The notes beneath the pieces are model-generated. The model saw only the letters and a list, made by a program, of their open reading frames with translations, ran no database searches and had not been told where the DNA came from. A DNA stretch of 64,000 bases. Origin: Hormiphora californensis. Lineage: Eukaryota; Animalia; Ctenophora. This document shows, one piece after another, positions 1-10,405 of this stretch (position 1 is its first letter; the number at the start of each line of letters is the position of its first letter). The stretch is taken from positions 6,882,001 to 6,946,000 of the forward strand of contig CM035354.1 of the NCBI GenBank assembly GCA_020137815.1, written 5' to 3'. The position numbers and the translations under genes are program-made.

Positions 1-160
1 ATTTGAGGTCCAGACAGTAGAGTGACATGATAACTGGAATCTGGGTTGCAACGACTACCATGATAACCCGGGGATCTACTAGATCTTGGAACTTGTCCAA
101 ATTGGCACACACCGCTAGCAGGGCAAGGGCGTACAGCAGAGCAAACGCACGGACGAGCAT
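1..160 (-). CDS. 5' end of a probable secreted protein gene (partial, runs off the window)
   Basis: ATG at 160 (minus) reads MLVRAFALLYALALLAVCA-NLDKFQDL, a typical signal peptide with a V-C-A cleavage site; the rest lies outside the window. Confidence 0.45.
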   Translation of the reverse strand, partial: MLVRAFALLYALALLAVCANLDKFQDLVDPRVIMVVVATQIPVIMSLYCLDLK

Positions 161-708
161 GGGAACGAAGAAATGAGAAAGGGAGAGGGAGATGCGGAAG
201 TGGGCTACAGAGTAGTACAATAGTATGGACAAATTATTCCATATATGGGTATAATAGTTGTTGTAATGAGCGGTAATTGTTATTAGGGCTCAAGAGCAGC
301 AGGCCTAGGCCCCTCTGAGAGAGAGGGAGTGAGAGCTAAATTGGCGGGAAGCGAATGACAGTGAAACTTGAGTCTTGAAACTTTCTGTGACAGTGATATT
401 TGTTTTAAATTTCATGGTTGTGTGTTACATTTTGTTTGTCTAAAGTTTGCGTCGTTTACTTTTCATCTGATCTCGCTCTCCCACAGCGTGCAGCAAGCAA
501 ACAAGTCGCACACTTGCAGCTGCGCATCTCAGGGGGTCTACCGGCTATTGCTAGTTTTACCCCCACACGCAGTGAGATTGTAGCGCGCACAAGCGTCCTT
601 TTTCCCACGCTCCTCTCAACTCTGACCGGTTTTCCTCCCAGCAGCAAAGCCATGGTTCAGGGGGATAATACTGAGAGAAGATGCTGCCGTTAATAATTCC
701 CTGGAGGA

Positions 709-3700
709 ATGGAATTCAGGGTACTGGAATGCAGTTCAGAGGACCCTGGTCATACTGGCAAGGGGTTGGAGAAGGGGAGATAAATGGCTTGTGAATGGAC
801 TTGGCGTAATCAAGGTACATTGTACAACCTACATCATTCGATATTAGGCTTGTAGGTCGATTTCGAGCAAGGCCTTTTCGAATATGATGTAAGAAAGAAA
901 GCTTATTCCACATAAGTAATGGGTCTAACTGATTATAAAAGCATTCACTTGAAGTGAATCACTTCTGATCAATTAAATATGATCCTCAGGCCTCTCTTGT
1001 TATTGAGATTCCCTCTGGACCGGTAGAGCTGACAGGAGTAGAGATAAAGAACCACGGGGTTGCTATAATAGAACTACATCAATGTGGTGATGATGCTGCA
1101 GGGGCTCAGGTATGAATGGGTTTGGATTCTGTTAGAACTTGTTAAAATCTGTTAGAACCTGTTAGAATCTAGAGGGGTTTGGAGTTTGGACATTTTTGAA
1201 CTGCTTGTAGGTCTGACCTGTCTGGCGGCGCCAGACCCCAATTTGATTCGACAGTGCTCTCAGATGGGGCCCGCGGCGCCAGACAGGGTCTGACCAACTA
1301 TAACTATACCGAGTCAGCCGGGATAATATATCCAGTTTATTGCATCAATCTCTTTTCAGGTGATTATAGGCAAGAAACTCCTCATGACAGCCCCAGAGTC
1401 GAGAAACAAAACAGATGCTAACATGTTTGGAACGTTCACTATTGCCATATCCGCTCAATTATCCAAATTTAAGGTAAGTCACGTGGGCTTGGGGGTCATG
1501 GTCTTAACGTACCAATGTACAAATTTGAAGTTTTGTAAATATAAGTTAATCAATTGTCCTAAATTTTATTCTCCCCCTCTCGAAGATAATCTGCAAGCAA
1601 CCGTTCAACAAATCATTTCCCTTTGGCCTGGAGTCTGTCACCCTCCACCCTATCCCATCTCCCTCTCCACCAGCGGTACCTCGAGAACAGTGCGAGCTGA
1701 GCCGTTGGGGTCTACCCGGTCCAATCCTGGCAAAATACCAAGAAATGGGGGTGACCCACATGTTCCCCTGGCAGGCGGAGTGTCTATCCCAGGAGGGGGT
1801 TTTGTCAGGAGGCCGGAATCTAGTTTACTGTGCCCCAACCTCTGCAGGGAAGACCCTTGTAGCAGAGATTTTGTTGTTAAAACGTGTTCTAGAGACGCAA
1901 CAGAAAGTACTATTTGTCCTTCCTTTTGTGAGTGTTGCAGGGGAGAAGACCCGGTATTTGGAAGGTTTGTTAGAGCTGACCCGTATCAAAGTCGGGGGGT
2001 TCTTCGGGACAAAGTCTCCACCGGGCGGGTTCGGAAGGATCCATATCGCGGTGTGTACCATTGAGAAGGCTAATAGCATCGTGAACAGGCTGGCAGAGTC
2101 GGGTGAGTTGGCTGATCAGATTGGGTGTGTTGTTGTGGATGAGCTACACATGGTGGGGGATTCATCCAGGGGCTACTTGTTGGAGCTCCTTCTCACCAAG
2201 ATCAAATACCAGGGAGGATCAAATGTACAGATAGTGGGAATGAGCGCTACCCTTCCCAATCTTGATCTCCTTTCAAAGTGGCTGGATGCCGCACTATACA
2301 CGACAACCTTCCGGCCTGTTCCTCTCACCCAAGTGATTAAGATTGGGAATGCAGTGTATGACATTGACAAGAAGAAGATAAAGGATCTGCCTAGTGACCA
2401 ACCTCATGAGCACATTGTGTATCTGTGCCAGGAGACACTGCAGTCAGGGCACAACGTCCTTGTGTTCTGCAACTCCAAGAATTGGACGGAGAAGTTGTGT
2501 CAGCTCATCTCACAGACACTTCTCAACAAGTCAGATGCCCTGGACAGCACCCTGCCCCTTCAGCAGGGGGAGTTAGAGGACCTCGTGGCACAATTAGGAC
2601 GCCTCCCAATGGCTGTAGATCCTGTATTAGCCGCTTGTGTGGGTAAGGGTGTGGCATACCATCACGCTGGGTTAACCACAGACGAGAGGGAGATAGTGGA
2701 GACTGCATTTAGGAGGGGATTCATCCGGGTTCTAATCGCCACCTCAACCCTATCAGCAGGAGTTAACCTCCCCGCTCGAAGGGTCATCATCAGGTCCCCC
2801 AAGTTTGCCGGTTCCTACATGTCTCCCCTTGTATACCAGCAAATGGCAGGTAGAGCAGGGAGGATGGGTGTCGACTCTGCTGGGGAGAGTATCCTCATCT
2901 GCAAGAAAGAAGAAGAGAATGCAGTGTGGGAGAGAGTGATAACAACTACCCTGGCACCTGTATCCAGCTGTCTGAGAGGTGCTCTAGACACACCCATGAA
3001 GCGGGCCGTGTTAGAAATAATTGCTAGTGGTGTGGCCACCACACACAGTCAGATAGACAGGTATTTCCAGAGCACTCTCCTTGCTGCAGAGGAGAAGAAT
3101 GAGAGTACAATACTAGACTCAGCCCTTGAGTTCCTTATTCAGTTAGAGTTTGTAGCCAAATCATCAACCCCGGAGGGTGATGTGTTGTATACAGCCACGC
3201 AACTAGGTGCTGGTACCCTCAACTCAGCTCTACCCCCCTCAGAAGCCCTGGATCTCCTGGCGCATCTCCAACTGGCCAGACGAAACTTCAACCTGGAGAC
3301 GGAGCTGCAGCTGGTATTTGAGGTTACACCCCTCTCAATTTCCAGGACGTGGCCCCAACCTGATTGGTATGGGTTGATGCGGATCTGGAACTCACTCTCC
3401 CCTGCACACCTGAGGGCCGCTGAGAATGTGGGTGTGAGTGAGGCGTTCCTGGCCAAGGCATCAGCTGGCATCGCACCTCAGAGGACAGATAAGCAGAAGA
3501 TGGCATATCAGACTAACCTGAGATTCTTTGCAGCGCTGGCACTGCTCGACGTTATTGGCGAAATGCCAATAGATGCGGTAGCTACAAAGTACAAAACAAA
3601 TCGTGGCCTGCTGCAGTCCCTCCAAACATCCGCTTCGTCTTATGCCGGACAAGTTGCGGTGTTTTGTGAGAAACTAGCCTACTCGACACTCTCAGTTCTC

Positions 3701-6700
3701 CTATCCGATCTCCAGGTCCGACTGTTCAGCGGGGTGCCTCGTGAGCTTTGTGATCTTGTTCGGATTCCCTTGGTATCGGGTGTTATGGCCCGGGCCCTCT
3801 ACAATTCGGGATATACAACTGTGGCTAAGGTGGCTTCAGGGGAAGTGGCTGCCGTGGCGAGGGTCCTGGAGGGTACCATGCCATTCAAGGGCGGGAAGGA
3901 AACTAGGAGCTGGCTGGATAGGAGACATGGGTTAAGTGAGTGGGAGGCAGTGGAGGGGATTGTAAGGGATGCCCGGGAGCTGCTTAGTGAGGATCTGGAG
4001 GGACTTAACGTGAAGTTCGATCTGGGAAGTTTGTTGGGGAAGAGGGATGAGAGCAGTGCTGGAATTGGAAGTTTGGGAAACAAGTCAGTACTCAGTATCA
4101 AAAGTGGGTCAAGTTTCTCGAACAAAACTGCTTCAAAACGAAAATCTTCATCGGTCCGACGAAGCAATGCCCTCTACTCAACTGAGGGGTCATCCAAAAT
4201 TGAGGCACCCCCATCTCTTTCCCAGTCATCTAGACTCCTGAACACTTCTAACCGACGGAGATCTAGTTTTACTGTCGCTAAACCGAACCAGTCAATCGCC
4301 CCCACCAACTTCTCCCAGATTGAAGACTCATTCATGGACTTTATGGACATAGATACGGACCTTGCTTGACCAAATTGAACGAGATGTCCTTGGTAGTAAG
4401 AAAAGGGCACCAGTTACAGTTCTACAAAAGTCACCGGTAAAGAAATCTAAGAACTTGCCTACTGTTACCGGTATGGTCTCACCAAGTAAAAGACCGGCAA
4501 AGCAGTCTCCCAAAAAGACGCCACTAAAATGTCTGACGTTCTCCTCGGTCGTTTCAGTCAAACAAAACTCTGAAAACCATCTAGCAGGAGACATTCTCAA
4601 ATCATCGCCAAACCCAGGTCCTTCAAAAACAACTGCAGTACCCTCCGGCATGATGGAGCTTGAGAGCGCTCTAGAGACACTGAGTCCCAATCAAAGGTCC
4701 TAGTGATACGAGTCCCTGTTTGATGATTTCTCTTTTTCATCTGTTTGTGAAGATCCCCCTCAGACGACAAACAACCAATCGGCTGATCCTCAAACCCGTT
4801 CTAACCAGAAAGTAAACCCTGTCCCACCGGTCAAGAAACAACCACCTCCAGCCCAGGCCTCTGAAGTGAAGAAAAAGTCTCTACCGTCTCCTAAGAAACA
4901 ACCTGTTCAACCTCCCAAGATCACCTCACCACTGAAATCCCAGCCGGTGGAAGGGAGTGGCCACTTCATTATTGATGTGACCGGTGACGGGCGGCTCTTT
5001 GAGGAATTCTTGAAGGAGCTCAAATCGAAACGAAAATACGCCATGTGTGTCGCTTGGGAGCACAGTATTACTGGGGAAATTAGTTTTGAGAATCTGACAC
5101 TTGCTGAAGCGTTTTCCGGAACAGGACGCCTAGCGGAAATCCACAATGCCGAGGTGTATGGGATAGCATTTTGTTGGAGTGGTTTGGAAAGTTACTATGT
5201 GAGCTTGAGAGAGACCCACGAGGGGGCAGTGTGTACCCCACCAATCCATCCTTCCCTGTCAGTATCTCGCCGAGTAAAGTCCCTCCGTGAGGTACTACTC
5301 CTAACCGCTACAGAGGATGAAGAACCATACAGGAGGATAGGGGCTGACATGAAGCTACAGTGGCAGTTACTGGCTACCAAACACTCCATACCTGTTGAGG
5401 AGGATATGGGGGATGTGAAGATTGCAGGATGGCTACTTGATCCTGAATCACCCGAACCAACCCTCCTATCCCTGGTGAAAACATACACCCCGGGTGTGAT
5501 TGAGAGGTGTGGGATGAAGGATGAGAATGCTCCTGTGCTGGGTAGTGCCCGGGTGAAGGCAAGTCTGAGTGCGGTGCTAGTTTGGAATGTTCATGAAGAG
5601 TTGGAGAGGGTCCTACTTCAGAAGAATCTACTAACTTCCTACTGGGAGGTGGAGTGCCCTGTTATGAGGGTCCTTGCTCGGATGGAGTTGAACGGGTTTG
5701 GAGCATGTAGAGTTGGGTACGCCAAGATTAGGGCAGACCTCCAGCGTCACATGAAGAGGATCGAGGAGGCGGCAGTGAAGCTGGCCAAATGTAAATTCTC
5801 TCTTTCCTCCCCTGAACAGGTGTCTGATGTTCTGTTCAACAGGTTACACCTTCCACCACATGACCCTGATAAACCGGCCCCTAAAATACGTGGGAAAAAG
5901 AAGTTTTTTAGCACAAGCAAGTCTGTCCTGGAACGATTATCAAAAGTTCACGTCCTGCCGAGTTTGATTCTGGTATACCGGCGGACCTCTCGAACACTGA
6001 GCGAAACATTTGGTGGTAACAGACCAGACACCCTTCTCCCTTGTCCAGGTCTAAACATGGACAGAGTCTACACACACTCTATAACCCATACCGCGACAGG
6101 AAGGGTTTCGTTTCACGAGCCCAACCTTCAAAATACTCCCAATGAGTTCTCTCTTGATCCACCCCAAGTAACAATCGGTACCCAACAGAAAGGTACAGTT
6201 TGTACCCCTCGATCCATGTACATCCCATACAAGGGTGCTGTGTTGCTGGCAGCTGATTATCGCCAACTTGAGTTGAGGATTCTAGGCCATCTCAGTGGGG
6301 ATGGCAGGTTACGGCCTCAGTTGAATGACAAGGAAGGGGATGTGTTTTGTACGATTGCAGCCAGTTGGAAGCAAATACCGGTGGGGGAAGTCACAGAGTC
6401 GGTCAGGAACCAGGCTAAACAGATCAGTTATGGGATTATTTATGGTATGGGAGCCCGATCTTTGGCAGAGAAGATGGAGTGTAGTGAGAAGGAGGCGGAG
6501 GGGTTCATGGACGGATTCAAGGACCGGTACAAGGGCATTCCTAAATTCATTTCCCGGACTATTGAGTCTTGTAGGAAGGATGGGTACGTGAAGACAATGG
6601 TGAACAGAGTCCGCTTCCTTCCGGAGATCAACTCAGATGACATTTCAAAAAGGGAGAGAGCAGAACGGCAGGCAGTTAACACTGTCATCCAGGGAAGTGC

Positions 6701-7001
6701 GGCTGATTTGGTAAAGGTTGCCATGGTTAACATTGATAAAATCCTCCAGGACACCTTCCCTGACTGCCATGTGACCCATAGCGAGAGGACGGATCACATT
6801 GCATCATCATCTCCTCCACGAGGGGCCTATCTGGTGCTCCAGCTTCACGATGAGCTGATATACGAGGTCAACAGGAATGATCTGGATGTTGTGGCGGGAA
6901 TTGTGAGGGAGGAGATGGAGGGGGCCATGGTGAATATGAGGGTACGGACACCGGTTAAATTGAGGGTCGGTGATAGTTGGGGACATATGAAGGAGATCTG
7001 A
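709..7001 (+). CDS. POLQ: DNA polymerase theta (SF2 helicase + A-family polymerase) with an N-terminal XRCC1_N-like domain; exons 709-814, 990-1109, 1360-1473, 1586-7001
   Basis: Helicase motifs APTSAGKT, VVDELH, MSATL, AYHHAGL, ATSTLSAGVNLPARRV, QMAGRAGR. PolA motifs AADYRQLELRIL, RNQAKQISYGIIYGMG, LQLHDELIYEV. POLQ-typical start WGLPGPILAKYQEMGVTHMFPWQAECL. Three phase-0 GT-AG introns upstream. Needs single-base corrections at ~775, ~4360 and a +1/-1 pair at ~4688-4710. Start could be ATG 652 if a further compensating indel pair exists. Confidence 0.93.
1218..1286. mobile_element. ~70-bp hairpin MITE with 8-bp target-site duplication, in POLQ intron 2
   Basis: Ends CTGTCTGGCG...CGCCAGACAG, flanked by GGTCTGAC at 1210-1217 and 1287-1294; a second copy lies at 29766-29835. 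Confidence 0.75.
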
Positions 7002-7931
7002 TCATGTGTAGCATGGTTCGGAAAACCATAATTCGGTGAGTCCATGTGATTGAAAAAGGAAATTTTCAGAACTAGATGCCACGATATGCGTTAGTCAACA
7101 ATTTTAGTTAAGTATAGGATAAATATCTGGTCTATTCTAAATGTTTTTACAAGCCGATCTGTTTCCGTTTTTAAAGCCGTTTTTAAAGTTAGAGTTGTGT
7201 GTCGAGTTTTCATTTGAGTCACGAATCTCTGTGACATACCATGTCACTACCAGTTATAGCTAGAGCCTATAATAATAGATTAGGTTTGTGGAGAGTATAC
7301 TTTTGTAAACACGTTTGTTGCCAGAATTTATATTTGTCAATCTATATTTGCAATCATTATGTGAACCATTTGTCAAGCTAAGTGTTGCGGCTTCCCCCTG
7401 TGACCCTTTTCACCAGCTGACTCTATTTTTCACTAAGCACTGATTGGGTAGCTGCAGCAGGGCGACCTAAGGTCAAAGAGCTCGCGCCGTTCACCTTCTT
7501 GACAAGGATTAGTGAGATCAGGGAGGGCGATAGAGAAAGAGGGATAGAAAGATAGTTTGGAGAGGGGTAGTGAAAAAGAGAGGAATGCACAGAGAGAAAG
7601 AACTACTTGGCCGCTACTACCCGGTGACAGATTGTTCTTTTCTCTCTTTGTCTCTTTCTCTCGTCAATTACAATTAATATATATTGCTGACTCTCAATTG
7701 AGACACGGTGCATGGACCGAGACTGATCAGACTAGTAATTGTCACGTGGTGTAATCCCTGATCTGTGATTGGTTGAAACGGGTTTGATCTGCTTTCTGAT
7801 TGGTCAGCCCATTCCTGGCTGGTTTGCCGCGCCGCCACAGCGGAAGTCACAGTAGACCTGGAGCGGGAAATTAGTTGTGAGAAGAAGTGCATTTGCCAAC
7901 TATACGGACCATTGCAACAATCAATTAGGGG

Positions 7932-7993
<62 letters not shown>

Positions 7994-8705
7994 TAGAGAG
8001 AGAAGGAGAGAGAGAGATAAAGTGATCAATCACAAGTTAAACGGTTCCGGTGAGAAGGAGGAGGGAAAATTGATCGAACCAATGAGAGCACAGTATTCTA
8101 GTCACGTGACACTATATTGCACTTTGCAGTAGTGCAACAAGGCCTTCGTGAGGGAAGTGTGAGAAAATTTTCACAATATAGATCGATCATCATCACTTTG
8201 TGTCAATAAGTAACAAGACGTTGTAGGATCTGACCTGATCAATTAACTTCCCCCTGGTGCATTGCTCATGCTCATCGATATATTATCGGGTGAGAAAAGA
8301 AAGAGAGAACTAGAAAGAAGGAGAGAGAGTTCTTGTACACTGTTATTGAGGGTGAGAAAATCGTGTTGGGTGCTAGAGATTTCTTGTGACTGGAGAGAGC
8401 CTCAGGGTTCTGTCTCGCATGACGTGTCAAGTCCGGTCAGGATGTAACGGTTTGGTGATCTGAAAGAAGAGAGAGAAACTGATAGATTGGTCGGGGAGGA
8501 AGTGATTCTGGAATGTTGCAATAAGTGCCAAATAGTTATCTGGAGTATCTCGCTATTCAATTTACATGAAGACACGGTTTCTAAACAGAAGTATTAAAGT
8601 TTAGTACCTGCTTCGGCCAGAAGTTCTAGCAGAACTCAACTACCTTAAACCATTCGATACCGGAACTTGAGAGTTTTGGCTAGAACTCAACTACCTTCGG
8701 AGATA

Positions 8706-9099
8706 GGGTCACCACACACCAAAGTTAAAATTAAAATTAAAATTTGACGTTTTTGGTCATAACTCTCCCATTTCTTGGCAAAATTGCTTCATTTTGTGCT
8801 TTTTGGAAAGAGGGCATCGAGCCCGTTCTAAAGAGCTCAAGAAACTTAAAATCGGCGCAAAGTGCGCGGCGTTAAGGCGCATAATGCGCGTGTTAAAATT
8901 TTAAAATTTTAACGCACACATTTTGCACTGTAACGCCGCGCACTTTGCGCGGATTTCAAGTTTCTTGAGCTGTTCAGAACGGGCTCGATGCCCTCTTTCC
9001 AACAAGCCCAAAATGAAGCAATTTTGCCAAGAAATGGGAGAGTTATGACCAAAAACGTCAAATTTTAATTTTAATTTTAACTTTGGTGTGTGGTGACCC
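8706..9099. mobile_element. 394-bp palindromic MITE (GGGTCACC termini, ATA target duplication; PIF/Harbinger-like)
   Basis: The whole element is an imperfect inverted repeat centred near 8902, with ATA on both sides. Superfamily inferred from GGG ends and the 3-bp TSD. Confidence 0.75.
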
Positions 9100-10172
9100 A
9101 TAGTTCATATGTCTGGTAAAAAGAGGATGAATGATATAACCTGTCTAGGCTCTGGTACCGCAAAAAAGAGATCCTGCACCGTTCAGATACCACTACCGCA
9201 ACTAGAACTTTAGCTAACCTATTATAATGTTCTGTCTGAAGCAGTAGTTACGTGCTTAAATCTCTTTCCAATTCTAGAAAAGTAGTTTTGATATATATCT
9301 CATGTCGTTAAATGAGAAATGTCACAGCTGTGCTATGATATCTCGGCTGAGAAGAAAATGAGTTGATAGATGTCATAGACAAGAACCAGGTAGCTCTTGA
9401 TAGAAATTCTTGATATGCTACCACTGGTAGTACAAGTACTGAAGTACCACTCTCTCATCTCTCAATGACTAACCTATTAAACCATTCAAGCGTTTGATAC
9501 TGATCGTTTATGGTTAAAGGGTGAGCCCCAGTCGTTTCTGATTTTATTCGCAGCATTTAATTATTGGATTGATCTCAGAACTCGTATAATCTAATCAATA
9601 TATAATCCATGATTTATCTCGTCCGTAATATGACTGGTCGATGAAGTGGATTAGAAATGGTATCATCTGCCGCGGGTGGTAAAACAGTTTTGCAGTACCG
9701 CCGTGGTTGTCATAGTGATCATCATGGTGGTTATGTGTTACGAACTGTCGAGACACTAATTACATAGAGAGAGAGGAACTAAGTGTGGTATACGCGGGTT
9801 GCTATTCCTAATTAGCCCCCCCCCCCCCCCCCCCCCCCCCGTACGGTTTAATGGTCTTTCTCGGTGATTATCGGAGAGGGCCAGGGGCAAGCATTTTAGA
9901 CATTGCCGCCCCACTTTCTATCTGTCCTCCTTCTCTCTCCCTATTCTCTCTCTTCTTCCTGATTTCATTGGTGCTGGTGGGGCACTAACTAGTCCTAAAT
10001 AATTGAGAAATCATTTTCTAGATCTCCAGCTATCTACAACTTCGCAGAACCCTTTCCATGGCCCCTGTCCGCCTTCTCGCGGGTATTATAATCGTAAATT
10101 GCGGTAAATTAGGTAAAGGTTAGAACGCACTAATTCAAAACATTTGCATAAACACATCGTGGCTCTATAGCA

Positions 10173-10262
<90 letters not shown>

Positions 10263-10272
10263 TCTTCTTCTT

Positions 10273-10320
<48 letters not shown>

Positions 10321-10362
10321 CTCCTCTCTCCTCTCTCTCTCTCTCATCTCTCTCTCTCTCTC

Positions 10363-10405
<43 letters not shown>

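Noticed and set aside
1360-2064. 234-aa ORF overlapping POLQ as a separate gene
   Set aside because: Its first 38 codons are exon 3 of the XRCC1_N-POLQ model; the remainder is intron read-through and an off-frame shadow of the helicase.
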